Assembly: GCF_009914755.1 (NCBI RefSeq)
Contig: NC_060937.1
Source: the human T2T-CHM13v2.0 reference genome, Homo sapiens
Strand: one strand, 5' to 3'
DNA length: 64,000 bases
In this document: one piece after another, positions 39,410-53,009 of the stretch
How positions within the stretch are numbered: the first letter of the stretch is position 1
How the letters are laid out: each line of letters starts with the position of its first letter
The notes under the pieces: model-generated
What the model was told of the DNA's origin: nothing
The model's input: only the letters and a program-made list of their open reading frames with translations
Databases searched by the model: none
Program-made: the position numbers and the translations under genes

Positions 39410-39590
39410 TTTAAACGTTTAATTTTCATTGTGTAGATGTTTATGGGGTACATGGGATATTTTGGTACAGGCATGCAATGTGAAATAAACACATCATGGA
39501 GAAAGGGGTATACATCCCCTCAAGCATTTATCCTCTGAGTTACAAGCAATCCAATTATACTCTTTAAGTTATTTTAAAATGTACAGTTAA
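39410..39590 (-). mobile_element. L1MA (1-3-like) 3' terminal ~180 bp
   Basis: Reads 'tttatggggtacatgggatattttggtacaggcatgcaatgtgaaataaacacatcatgg...cccctcaagcatttatcct'. Confidence 0.88.
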
Positions 39591-39819
39591 ATACAGAATA
39601 CACATTCCTTTCCTCAGCACCTGGATCATTCTCAAGGATAGACCAGATGTTAGGTCACAAGACAAGTCATAAAACATTCTAAAAACCTGAGATAATATCA
39701 AGCATCTTCTCTGACCACAATGGAATAAAACTAGAAATTAATAACAAGAGGAATTTTTGAAACTACAAATACATAAAAATTAAGCAATGTGCTCTTGAAT
39801 GACCGATGGGTCAATGAAG
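39591..39819 (+). mobile_element. L1 ORF2 endonuclease-domain fragment, opposite orientation to the adjacent 3' piece
   Basis: Reads 'cagaatacacattc...ttctcaaggatagacca...ttctctgaccacaatggaataaaactagaaatt...ctcttgaatgacc', the SRIDH/SDHN region. Confidence 0.88.
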
Positions 39820-40869
39820 CAACATATGAAAAACACTACATGTTTTACTAGGTTGAAATTGGTATGTCCAATACACAATTTGAAGTGCTTGCAATCTTGC
39901 AAAAATAAAAAGGCACAGGTAAAAGTAGTTTTTTTTTTTCTCTGAAATATGACCACTCAGACTGTAAATATGATTTTGTTGGGGATGTTGTGGCAGGGAA
40001 TGTACCTCAGATCTGAGTGACATTTTAATTTTTGGATATATGCTTGGTGAAGAGCACTACTTACAAAGGTTTCTTTCATGTTGATGCCAAATCAATTTTA
40101 TAGAAGGCTTTTTATCTCTCAGCCTGCCAAGGGAAAGTATGTAGTTTAAAACTAAACTATCTGTTAAGGAAATGAAAAAGTCACCCAGAGGGCTTCATGG
40201 TCTTTGAAAATTCATGCTTAAGAAATTGCAGATGTCCTGTCTGATTTTTAAAAAATCATTTACAATACATATAAACAGAAGGATAAAATTTCTCCTAAAC
40301 ATACTTCCTTTGGATTTTCGGTTTGTAATCAAATGGCATTGGTAAGAATCCAAGATAGTATGTAGACTTTTACCTTGAAGAAATTTAGTTTTATCTCTCC
40401 CACCACAGGAATGAAAGAGAAATTATTTCATATTTAAGGACAACACAATTAAGTCGTTTGTTTTTTCTTCCAGTGAGTCACTATTTATTTATTATTATGG
40501 AAACCATAAATGTTTCTTAGTGAAAATGTGATGTGCTGTGGAGTGCAGTTTTGCCTCACTGTTGTCCTTATTGTTATTTACTTTAGTTAAGAATGGACTT
40601 ATTATACATCAAAGTAGCCAAAAATTACGTTCCATCTCTATGTTGAATCTTTGTCAATTATTGGTGTAGTACGTCTGAGAAACTAAGTACTGAAGAGGGA
40701 ATGACTTATCTCAGTCAAATGTACAGAAGTAGAGGGCACATGTTCAGTTTTCAGTTATGCTACTGTACTGTGCTGAGTAACATGTAAAGATATATAAGAT
40801 AAGTAAGTCTGGTGTATTATATTTTGCAATGTCTTCCAGTTATTTAAAAATAACACGTATTTTAGCTAT

Positions 40870-41302
40870 TGAATTAGTGTGCTTGGGCCGCTGAAACAAA
40901 ATACAAAAACTGAGTGGCTTAAACAACAGAACCTTATTTTCTTATCGTTCAGGAGGCTAGACGTCGAAGATCAAGGTGCTAGCAGGGTTAGTTCCTCCTG
41001 AGGGCAGTAAGGGAAAGATTTATTCCAGGCCTTTCTCCTTGGCTAGTATATAGCTCTCCTTTCCCTGTATCCTCACATGGTCTTCCCTCTGGGTGTATCT
41101 CTGTCTAAATTTTCTCTTCTTATAAGGATACCAGTCACATTACATTAGGGCCACCATAATGACCTCATTGTAATTTAATTACCTTGTTAAATATGCTGTC
41201 TTCCAATGCAGTCACCTTTTGAGGTACTGAGAATTAGGACTTCGACATATAGACTTTAGGCGTGTTTTGGTGGGTGGTTTGATGCAGTTCAGTTGATAAT
41301 AA
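40870..41302 (-). mobile_element. MLT1 (A/B/C-like) solo LTR
   Basis: Reads 'gagtggcttaaacaacaga...aggaggctagacgtcgaagatcaaggtgctagcaggg...cttcttataaggataccagtca...gaggtactgagaattaggacttc'. Confidence 0.88.
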
Positions 41303-41348
41303 CTATCCATGGGGCCACAGGCCCTGCTTATGTTCAAGAATATGATCC

Positions 41349-41390
41349 TCTACAGCCTTACCACTCTGAATGCACCTGATCTCGTCAGAT
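41349..41390 (+). pseudogene. 3'-truncated 5S rRNA pseudogene fragment (nt 2-43 of 5S)
   Basis: tctacagccttaccactctgaatgcacctgatctcgtcagat versus 5S TCTACGGCCATACCACCCTGAACGCGCCCGATCTCGTCTGAT gives 35/42 identity. Four of the 7 differences are CpG transitions. Confidence 0.85.
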
Positions 41391-42789
41391 TTAACGTTGT
41401 ACAAGTATTTGTTGGGTGTTGTGTGTTTGTGATAGTTAGGAAGATAACTCATAAAAGAAAACAATAGAGGAAGAAGTAATGGCCTAGAATACATGTAATC
41501 TAAGGTCTCATCTATATACAATCCATTTTAATATAAATTCATAATGAAATTCCAATTACTTTGTGATCTCTTTAATATTGAGTTTGCACATCAGTGCCTC
41601 TCAATGTTTTTGCATCCCATTCCCAGTAGCTCACACCTTTAGCTCAGATCCCCAGTCTCCACTTGTCTTTACTGTTAACAGATCTTGAACGCAAAACTTG
41701 ACTGTCACAAAATTAAAAACAAAAAGCATCTTTCTGGGTTAATTATTCTTGACTCCAAATGGTTTTTGTTGCATGTGTACCAATGCTATATTATCATGGA
41801 AATAGGATTTTAGTGCACAAAGCTACTGTATTTCTACTTAAGTCTATTTTATATGTGGCTTATTAATTTAGTTTATGCATGACATCTTCAAATAGATTCA
41901 AACATGCTAAAGGGCAGTTCATGTTCCTTTCATTTATGTTGTTACCCAAGGCAGCATCTGGGATTGTGCGCTACAGATAAGGGGTCCTTGGCAAATGTTT
42001 CCTCACCAACTTTACGTTGCTGCGAATAATCATTCTACTGTGCTATAGAGTTTATAGGCTGAATTCCCTCCTCTATAGTAATGTGTGTGCAACCTTGTTT
42101 TACCATATCTAAATTGATCCAGGAACCATGTTTTTCATGATGTATGCCTCAAGCTAGCTGCTATTATGGGAAGTCAAATTATTGGTCCGAGATGTTACTT
42201 GGACTGTGCATATCCTACACAAACACTATGTATTATGGATAAGACTACATTTTCTCTCATACAGCATAGTTACAAGTCGTTTCACATATTTTGCATGGGT
42301 TATCTTTTGAGCAGGTATGCGAAATATGCCATAGCTTTCAATGCATTGTATGTATAATCTCTTGTTGTTGACATTTATTTTCTTCTGTAAAAATAAATGA
42401 AAGGAATGCATTGCTAAAAGCTAAAGAAATTATATTTTAAGTGCCAAACTCTCCCTGACATGTAACTCACCTGCTTGTAGTGAGCTGGGCACTTTGAAAA
42501 GTACACTAACATATGTAGCATCTCAGAGTAAGAGTTAATCTATTTTCAAACTCTGGTGGCATTTCCTGTCTGTAAAGTACGGAAAAAAGTCACAAATATG
42601 TTGTGATGTAGTCTACCCTCACTGAGTTAGTCTCAGATTAAAAGATCATTGATTATTAATGACCCCTGCAAAATTTTAGGTGTCCATATGGAAATACAAG
42701 TGTTAGGACAAATATAAATATGACAGAAGGTATTTTTGTTTCTCAATTTCCCAAATGTTGATTTAAAGAACTGGTCAGATATTGTTTAA

Positions 42790-42885
42790 TATTTTATTAT
42801 GGAAAATTTCAAACATATACCAAGTACCCAATAGTAATGGAGCCCTATTGCCTGCTTCAGTAATTACCAACGTTTTCACTCATGC
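42790..42885 (-). mobile_element. Old L1ME-type 3' end fragment
   Basis: Reads 'ttttattatggaaaatttcaaacatatac...cttcagtaattaccaac'. Confidence 0.6.
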
Positions 42886-43044
42886 AATTTCAAATCAGAT
42901 TATTTATGTAGATTGTGTGGCTGATTTAATTAGTCAATTATATCAGTTCTGTTAAATAATTATTAAACTTGATATAACACACCACTAATATTTTCTGATA
43001 TTAGGAAGAAATCAGGGTAGGTGTTTAATGAGCCACCCTATCTT

Positions 43045-43680
43045 TTTAAATTAACAAACCTTATTTTTTTAGAGCAGTTTTTGGTTCGCAGCAAAACTGA
43101 ACAGAAAGCACTTAGTGTTTGCATATACCCCTTGTCACCACACACACAACCCCTCATTTTCAAAATACCACACTGGAGTGGCCTATTTGTTCCTTTGCTC
43201 CAACTGATAAAAAGACATCTACACATTATTATGACCCAAAGTTCATAGTTCACATCATGGTTCACTCTTAGTGTTATAGATTCTATGTGTTTGGACAAAT
43301 GTATAATGTATACACCATTGTTGTATCATACAGAACAGTTTCACTGCCCTAAAAATCCTCCACGTGCCACCTAATTATCCCTCCTTCCCCCAGTGCTTGG
43401 CGACCACTAACCTTTAGTCTGTCTTTAGGGTTTTGCCTTTTTAGGATGTCATCGAGTTGGACTCATACAGTATGAAGGCTTTTCAGACTGGCTTCATTCA
43501 CTTAGTACTATCCATTTCACTTCCCTCCATATCTTTTCATGGCTTGGTAGTTCATTTTCTTTTAGTACTGACAAGATGTATGATGTATGTATCTTTCTTT
43601 CCATTGTCTGGAGTTACCACAGTTTCTCAGTACCTTCCCCTATAAAGGACATCTTAGTAGCTTCCAGGTTTTCACCTTTT
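43045..43680 (-). mobile_element. L1MC-like 3'UTR fragment
   Basis: Reads 'tagagcagtttttggttcgcagcaaaactgaacagaaag...ccaaagttcatagttcacat...ttggacaaatgtataat...cagtttcactgccctaaaaatcctc'. Confidence 0.85.
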
Positions 43681-43719
43681 TTGTTGTTTGTTTGTCTCAT
43701 CAGATTAGCATGCCATTAT

Positions 43720-44158
43720 AATAATAATTATTATTATTATTTTCAGACACGGTTTCACTCCTATCACCCAGGCTGGAGTGCAGTGGCGGTCTTAGCTCAC
43801 TGTAACCTCTGCCTCCCAGGTTCAAGGCATTCTCCCCGCTCAGCCTCCCGAGTAGCTGGGACTACAGGTGTGTGCCATCACACCAGGCTAATTGCTGTAT
43901 TTTTAGTGGAGACATGGTTACACTGTGTTGACCAGGCTCATCTTGAACTCCTGACCTCAGGTGATCCACCTGCCTTGGCCTCCCAAAGTGCTGGGACTGC
44001 AGGTGTGCGCCACCACACCAGGCTAATTTTTGTATTTTTAGCGGACACGGGTTTCACCGTGTTGACCAGGCTCGTCTTGAACTCCTGACCTCAGGTGATC
44101 CACCTGCCTCGGCCTCCCAAAGTGCTGGGATTACAGGTGTGAGCCACCGTGCCCAGCC
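43720..44158 (-). mobile_element. Trimeric AluS (left monomer duplicated) within one TSD
   Basis: A ~135-bp unit is repeated at 43856-43990 and 43991-44124. 14-bp TSD tagcatgccattat at 43706-43719 and 44159-44172. Confidence 0.93.
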
Positions 44159-44429
44159 TAGCATGCCATTATGTTCACTACTTTGGTTGTAACATTTACT
44201 GATTTTACTGGAATTGAATGCAATGTGCAAATTATATTTTTTAGGAAAAAATCAGATTCTATAAATCAGGAGAAATCTTATTGGAAAAAGCAAATCAAAG
44301 GAATTATTTGAGGTCATACTAAGTCTTGTTATTATTATTTGGTTTACAAGTGATAAAGAGAATAGATTTTTTTAGCAATAAGAAAATAATATGAATCAAC
44401 CCATGCTCCATGTGCCTGGATAGTTATAT

Positions 44430-45060
44430 AATTTATCAATTCGCTTGTTCACATGCTGAGCCATTAAGGATTGAATGCTTCTGGGTGCCAAGCCGCCCCT
44501 AAGCATTAGAGTGACAGTGAGCCATACAGACAAGATCTGACTCAAAAAACTTCTTGCAATCAGTCACTGGCAGTAGAGTGTGTAAAATGAGCTGTTACCG
44601 ACAGTAGAAGGTGTAGAAAATGTTAAGGGAGCACCCAACCTAGTCTGGAGTTAAGGATGTCTCCCTCAATAGAGCAAATGACGTGGAGACTGAGACTCCT
44701 TAGACAGGCACAATTAACATACATTTGCTTCCAGAGGAAGCCAGGAAGCCCAATCAGGAAGAGCAAAGGGAATAAGAGGAGGAACAGGGCTGCAAATAAA
44801 GTGTGGGCAGGGGACACTCTTTAAGAAACTGGGATTTATCCTGAGCCCAATGCAGCGGTACTCCAGCACTTTAAAGTTTAGTAGGACACAATCCTATCAA
44901 CATTCACTCTGGTTTCAGGAGGAAAATGGACTAAAGGCAGTAAGGCTGCAGGCAGGGAAATGAGTTAGGAGACATTTCAATTATACAAATGAGGTAGGAT
45001 AGCCAATTATAGTAGGGCAGTATTAACTGCATAGAGAGAAGAGAACAAAGGCATAGAGAT
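44430..45060 (-). mobile_element. L2 fragment
   Basis: 'ttgaatgcttctgggtgccaagcc...ctaagcattagag...acagacaag' and 'cattcactctgg...gcagggaaatgagttaggag' resemble L2. Confidence 0.6.
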
Positions 45061-45499
45061 GATACAATCCTTTCCTTTCATTATTTTACTAAAATGGAAT
45101 AAAACCCAGTAAAGATAATTAACTTCCCCAAAATCAAATTACAGATTCCAGAGTTTTCTATAGTCCAGCTCTTTTTGATTTCACAGTGCTACCCATTAAG
45201 AAAAGTCTGGAAGCTTAAAAAAAAAAAAGCCAAAAACTATCCTTGTAGCTTAAGAGTGCATATGACAGAAATATACCTCAGCTTCTCAATCAACCTGTGC
45301 TGATTTTATGTCTTATGCTTTATTCCCAGTACTCTTTGACTCAGCTTCTTCTGTCTGCTGCCATCTTGCTTTGAGTCTCTTCATTGCTAACTGGACTTTG
45401 AGAAAGTGCAATGCATGTGGAAGATACACTGAAGTCTCCAGAATACCTGATTATTTAAATTTATTCTATCTAATTAAAACTTGTCACATTCAAATGTCT

Positions 45500-45890
<391 letters not shown>

Positions 45891-47059
45891 TTAATTTAGT
45901 TGTTTTCAGAGGATTCTTTATGTTCAGAGACCTCAGATTAAATGACAACTGTGAGAAATCACAATTGATATTTCCTTCTCTAAATAACTTTCCATAAAAT
46001 CAGCACAGTCTTTTGGGTTGGTTTAGAGAAGCTGCAATTAAATAACAAGACAGTACATGGTAGGTATGGCCAATTCCAACAACCCATCCATTTAGGGAAA
46101 AAAAAATAAGCCAAACTGGCAAATAGGTTTCATATAAACTGCCATAATCAATAATAGCCACAGCTGTCATGAAACTGAATTTTAAAACTTTACTTAGGAT
46201 CCAGAGCTTAGGTGAGAAAATAAGATCCTAGGGTTTAATTTAGTTTTATCTCAAGCATTTATTTGAAGGAAGAATTCATGCTTTTTTTCAAGTTACTCCT
46301 ATTCATGATTCTCCTTTGAAAGAGGTTTATTTACACAGAAACCTAGTCAGACGATTTAGTTGAATTTGAATTAAAATGTGGCATGTCTCCAAAGTCTTAT
46401 CGTATTTACAGCCCTGGCAAACCCTAAATATTGCCGGAAGCTACATATTGGTGACCTCTGTAGGGATTTGAGGAATTTTAGTGTTTAAAAGTTCTTTTTG
46501 GGTTATGAGAGCTTCCTAAAGGAAATGTTTTGTGGCTTTACAAACTTGAAGGTGATCATTCTTTCAGTATGCCAAGTTCACCAGTTTTCTGTGGGCATTA
46601 ATTCTCAATAAATGAAATAAAAGGAGCACAACAGGAAACACTTTCTACCTAAAATTGTTTACTCTAGATCAGCACAATCAGAAATTACCACCAACAAGTT
46701 AAAAATTAGCATTTAGTGTGCTGCTTAGTTTTTCAAAGCCGCACACACAGATTTAACAACAGGACTCCCATTAACAGCAATCCTTGCCAAACAGCAAACT
46801 CCCCAAGGACTTCATTCAACATATATCCTGAAGTGTACATTGTGTTTTTTGAACAATCACATGTTATTAAAATGTCTTCTGAAAGACATTTTAAAAAGAC
46901 CAGGAGTATTGATTATTTTTTCAACTGTATTTGCATATTTTATAAATGTTCACTTCTCTCCCCTTCAGTAAGATCATGAATGTGTCTAATTTAAATTTCC
47001 CTGTGCTCTCATGTTTGGATCATAGGCTCTTGGAACAGCCTGACTTCTTATTTCAATAT

Positions 47060-47190
47060 TCCTATATACTTATCTCTTCCCCTCACTAGACACTGAAATC
47101 CTTAAGAGTCCATACTGTGTCTTATTCCTGAACCTAGCAGAGTGGCCCCGCCATGAGAGGCAGCAAGCAGCTATTGGTTATTGAATGTGG
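47060..47190 (+). mobile_element. L2 3' end
   Basis: Reads 'cccctcactagacactgaaatccttaagag...tgtgtcttattc...cctagcagagtggcc...ttgaatg'. Confidence 0.65.
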
Positions 47191-47751
47191 TGACCAAATC
47201 TGATTGGATGGCGAAGGAAAATACCGTGATGGCCACATCCCTAAATGTGTGTTATGGACATAATTTGGCAGCACAGTACTAAAAGTATAGAATTCAAGTT
47301 GTTTCCAGGACATTCCAATAGTATTGCTGGAGCAGAGAATACACCTGTTCTCCATGCTGGAGTAAACCCTTCAGGGCCAGGTTCAACAGAACTAAATGCA
47401 GGAAAAACATTTGCTCTGACACCTTCACGTGTTTCCATGCCTCTTTTGTAAGATCATTATAAATAGATGTAGACATGTTAAGGGACAACTTCTGTGCCTT
47501 TTAACTAAATTATCTGGAACATAAATTTCCAAATCATAGATCTGCAAAGAGAAAAAAAATGTTTTATGTTCTCCTTACCTAGATCTTCTCTTTTCTAGTT
47601 GTACAGAAAATTCGAAGGCCGTTCCTCTCAGGACATTGCCTTCTTTCAATCACAGGCCAGTCAGATTCATTGTGTGGTGTCTTTATAAATTTCCCACTCT
47701 CCTGTCTGTGACTCTAGAATTACATCTATTGTGATTCACTCCCTATTCATT

Positions 47752-48235
47752 TGTATCAGCTTCCTGTAGTTGCTGTAGCAAATTATTCCAAACTCGATGG
47801 TTAAAACAACACACATTTTTTGTTTTGCTGTTCTGGAGCCAAGAAATCCAAAATCAGTCACACTGGGCTTAAGTTAAGCTATTTGTAAGGCTGGTTCTTT
47901 CTGGAGTCTCTCCAGGAGAATCTGTTTTTTTCATTTTTTCTAGCTTCTAAGGCCTCCTGTACTCTTTGGCCCCTGACCCATTTTCCCATCACTCCAATCT
48001 CATGATTCTGTCTTCACATCACCCACTTCCTTCTTTGACCTGCTTGCCTCTCTCTCATAAGGACCCTTGTGCTTACAGTTAGGCCCACCTGAAGGTGACC
48101 CAGGATAATCTCCCCATCTCAAAGTCTTTAGCTTATCACATTTACGAAGTTCTTTTTGCTATATCAGGTAACATTCACAGGTTGCAGGGATTAGGAAGGG
48201 GCTATCTTTGACTGGATATTATTCAGCCTGCTACA
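47752..48235 (-). mobile_element. MLT1 (C/D-like) solo LTR
   Basis: TG...CA termini. Contains 'ctcataaggacccttgtg...ccaggataatctccccatctcaa...ggtaacattcacagg'. TSD tcatt/ccatt. Confidence 0.88.
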
Positions 48236-49029
48236 CCATTTCTTCAAAAACAAAACAGAATGAAACATTCCCCACTAAAAGTAAGCAAACACTATCAGTT
48301 CCACCAGGAAATTCCTATAACAGCAGCTATTATATTGGGAACACAACCTGACCCTTAATTATTTATCCATACTGTAATACCTAAATGAACGCTATGACAG
48401 AGTTCAGTAAGTGATTACAGTGTCAGGATTATAGTGCAATCTGCAAACAAATGATCCAATTCAAGTACCTACATAGTGAAAGTTCTGATCCTGGTCCCAG
48501 GCATAATCCATCTGGCTGCCTCAGGCTTACTTCTCTTCTCTTAGTTCTATATGGAGTCTACCCATATGCTAAGCAAGAGTTATTTTCCTGCATGTCCAAT
48601 GTTATGTTGGAGAGAAAAAAAAACTTTCTCTGATTTAAAAATACTTGTATGGTTTCTGAAACTTAGAGAAATCCTATGAAACCATAAATTTTAATTAATT
48701 TCTTTTAATTTCTTCTAAGTATGGTGAATAATTCAGTTGAGAGGAATTTACCTACAACTGATTTCTTGCCAGACACTGCCCAGGGCTTTTTATAGCCACC
48801 CTTCTAGATTCACTTCCATTGGATGTTTTTATCCCAAGAAGCTTCTTTTATTTTTTTCTGATTCTCTTGAAATTACAAACCTCTCACTATCAATCTTGAG
48901 GGCTAACATTCTTCTTTTTTATTGTACTTTTGCAGATTATTTCTGGTCAATGTAAGGCTTCTCATTTTATTTAATATACAGGAAAAGCATTTTGTCTACA
49001 GCAGATTTATCCACCCAGCCATCAACTCA

Positions 49030-49155
49030 TTCAATAATAACAGATATCACTTATTGAGGGTTTTCACTGTGACGTGTAGTGAGCCCTGCACTGTATTCAT
49101 ATTACCTGATTTAATAGACTTCCATCAAGAAAGAATTTTGTGAGCAGTATGATGA
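49030..49155 (-). mobile_element. MIR fragment
   Basis: Reads 'aataataacagatatcacttattgaggg...attacctgatttaat'. Confidence 0.5.
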
Positions 49156-49291
49156 TAGGTCTTTTAATAGGTATAGAGACTAGTGGTTTACAGTCTAGTG
49201 TAAGAACTGTATTATTAGGCAAACTTAAATAACACTTGTATATCTTTTGTGGATGCATAAAACGAGGGACCAGATAACGTATGAGAAACTA

Positions 49292-49600
<309 letters not shown>

Positions 49601-50849
49601 AATAGAATGATGTTTATGGATAGGGTGGTATCTGAGAAGGAAGAAAGAGACATTGGAAAATCAGGGAAGGTTCAAAACGCCATGCACATAAATGTGAACA
49701 GGATTGATCATCTTATCTGTCTGTTTCTTGAATGTGCTGGTGCCTGATATTTGAGAGCCAGCAAATACGGTAAATATGTTTAATTAGGTATAGACATGAT
49801 AAGCAACTACTTCTGAGCATCTTAACATGATTAATCTGAAGACAGGTTCCCATAGCTCAAAAACTGAACAAGAGGAGTAAAGTTGGTGCTCTCATTACCT
49901 ACATCATTTGAGTTCGAGCATCTACAAAGATCCTCTCTCTCTGTTAAGGACCTTTTTTATTTTAAAACATTTCTTCATTTTTTTTCTGCTGATTTTTTTG
50001 CTTTGATTATCGATGGCAATTTGTAAGCACTTCTCATACTTTTTGCTTGGTTAGAGCTCTCGCTATATATTTTTCCTTATTTATCATGAAAAAGTTTCTA
50101 ACTTCCTTGAGGCTACCACTGTATCATCATTATATTTTTCACTGTTGGAACCTAGTACATGGCATTATTTACATTAGAAAAAAATAGATTGAAAATAGTT
50201 ATTGGCAGAAATCAAAGAAGAAGGAGACGATGTAGTGAGAAATGTTAAGGGCAAGGTGGGTTTACAAGGGAAATAAAACCTCATGTCTTGGCAAAATACA
50301 CTTTGATTTTGTACTTTCACTTCTCTGTGAAAGTGCAAGCTACATATTCCTGTCCATGTTTTTGCCTGGGGGAAAGCCTAGGAGTCTTGATCTCCTCATA
50401 TGCTTAGGAGGCCACAGAACAACCAACCTGCTATCTACTAAGACATAAACAAAGTGTGCTCTGTAGTAGGAGTTCTCAATATGTAGGCACCATGTTCCCT
50501 GGGCCCTGACCCTCTGACTGTAGAGATTGAGCCTTGAGAAACAGAGATACCTCTACTCCCTTATATTTCCCCTCCAGTGTAAATGAAACACCAGCTAGCT
50601 GTTGCAATGGATACAGACAGTATTTGCTTTTTGTATTTGCACAATATTTCCACTGAATCAGACCTATTTAGTGTTTTGGTCAGCACTTTTAAAGATGGAT
50701 CTGCTCCTGGTGATGAAACATTTCTTCTCCTTTTCACGAGACTGCTGGTTGTGCAGGATATGAAAGCACTTTGAAAACTGTCGCGTGCCATGAAGACTTT
50801 GCATTCTACATCTCAATGTGTCGTGGCTCCTATGCTTCCTTCCCTCTGT

Positions 50850-51395
50850 GTTGGCTCCCAGCTGGGCTTTCCTGCCCTTGTCCTCTTTGCTCTTCCCTCA
50901 GCCCCACCCAGCCTACGCACAGCAACCAGAATGGTCATTTTCCAACCTGAAGCCTAGGCCACCCCTTCCCAGCTTGCCTTTTCTCTTAGCCAAACTCTAC
51001 AAGGTACATGTGATCTGGTCCAGCTCTTCTCTCTGACTCCAACCCCATCACACCTGTCTTTTCTCACTCTGCTCCAGAACTTTTCCTCTTGCAGCCACTC
51101 CTCAAGTACACTAAACATCCCCTGCTCATGGGCCCCCAGCCTTGGTGCTTTGCTCTTTCTCGGGTCTACACTCAGATGGCAGCATGTCACAAAGTTCCCT
51201 GTCTGAGCGATTACCATTTCGCCACTATCCCACCCGTAAGGACTTTCTCACTCATGCTTCCTTCCTTTATTTTCTATATTGCACTTATCATGGATTGATT
51301 CATTGAACACGGTCTGTCTCTCCCCACTCCATTTCAAGTGAATCTCATTTGTCAAATTTGTTCAATAAAAGTTGAATGCTGTGTGAATAAATAAT
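50850..51395 (+). mobile_element. L2 3' region
   Basis: Reads 'cacagcaaccagaatggtcattt...tgatctggtcc...ctcactctgctccag...tgtctctccccact...tcaataaa...tgaataaa'. Confidence 0.65.
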
Positions 51396-51554
51396 TCATG
51401 TCTTTTTTTCTACTTACATGCATTTGATGTCTACCTTTTTGGAACAAGCATTCTTAACTACTTATTGTTATTCACAGTTACCAAACCTATAAATAATGGG
51501 GATTTGACTCTCAAGATATTGTTGGAAAATTTCTGCCTTATGAGAAGTTGCCAA

Positions 51555-51815
51555 GGTAAAATGGTTAAGGGTTTCTTTGGCAGTTCCAAATGGGTTGTCA
51601 GCTAAGCCCAATTCAGTTATCATTTGTGTAACTTGGCACAAGTTACTTCACCTACCCATGTCTCAGTTTCTTCTTCCACTGAACAAGAACTGTGACTAAA
51701 AAAAAAAATACTACCTCAGAAAATGTCTATGAAGAAGAAATGACATCACATCTAGCCACTCATGGAACAAGACCTGGCCAATTGCAAGCACTCTGTAAAT
51801 ATTCGTTGTTACTAT
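51555..51815 (+). mobile_element. MIR, near full length
   Basis: Reads 'tggttaagg...tgtgtaacttggcacaagttacttcacct...tgtctcagtttctt...ctacctca...taaatattcgttgttactat'. Confidence 0.7.
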
Positions 51816-52279
51816 GAATTGAATATTTTTAAAGGGTACACATTTAGGCTCTTAATGAGTATTAGAAGTATTCTATAGCTGACAAATAATTGATTTTTTG
51901 AAAATTCATGATATTTAATTTGTTAAAAGTTTAACAAGACATCGTATCCCACATTATACACGTTTTTCATTCTCTGAGTCGATGACACATAGGCTTTATT
52001 GAAGTTTATATAGAGATCAGTATAAAAGTTCTTCTTTAAAAGTGTTGAAATCATATACTCTTTAGATATAAAAAGACAAAAATATTTGATGTGGAATCTA
52101 CGTAATGACTTCTATCTGCTAGTTTCATTTTTCACTAAAAGCATCCATGGGGAACCAGGTATGTTGATATTAGGCTTTATGAAATGGAAATGCCAATTAT
52201 AATCTAACAAAATCACACATTGCTTCAAATTCAGCTGGGCCACAGCTGGAATTGAATCTGTAAGCTATAATTAAGGCAA

Positions 52280-52281
<2 letters not shown>

Positions 52282-52316
<35 letters not shown>
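52282..52316. repeat. (TG)n microsatellite
   Basis: Read directly. Confidence 0.92.
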
Positions 52317-53009
52317 ATATCTAAAATATTGGATAGAGAGATATATATTAAAAACTGTTATTTCTCTTTTTATAAAAAATTAAAAATATAGAGGAAAAAT
52401 ATCCTTCCCAATGGAAATCCAAATTGTATCAATTTCATTAAAGAAACTAAGCTGGTTTTGTAAGACAAAATAGGAATTATATGCATAGCAACGTTGATAC
52501 AAACAAGATACATTTTAATTTTTAAGAAGTCACTCATTCTTATTCTCTGTGTAACTACTGTTATTATTTGGTGAGATGTATGTTTTGCAGCTAAAATATC
52601 CTGGAGATTTTAATAACAATTTAAAAATCAATCAACAGACAATTATTTTCTAGTGTACATTTCCAAATATTATTTAATTTAAGGAGAACTCATACCTCTT
52701 CTTTGTAAGCAGATTATTTAAGTGAATAAGAGGCATTTGAATAATTTTGTCTGCTACATACTACAGTATAATATGTTTATTGAATTTGTTCAAGACAGAA
52801 AATGAAGATTTGAAAATTATTTTCCTATAATACTCACTGCTTCTATACATTTGTATTTAAATATTGATTTAGAGAATAAAAGTAATTATAGAAATTTAGT
52901 ATATTTGCTTATTTCTCTAGCACACTTTTTTAACCTAGAAATCTGCAATTTGAAGAAGCTCAGATAGTTTTATAAATAAATTCATCATATTTATGAATGT
53001 AATCTTTTT

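Noticed and set aside
43576-44088. 170-aa ORF, and similar ORFs at 29446-29955, 31203-31601, 45534-45830 and 59997-60401
   Set aside because: These are largely translations of antisense Alu sequence, a common artefact.
47542-47578. Minus-strand donor/acceptor pair
   Set aside because: The implied intron would be only about 37 nt, too short for normal splicing.
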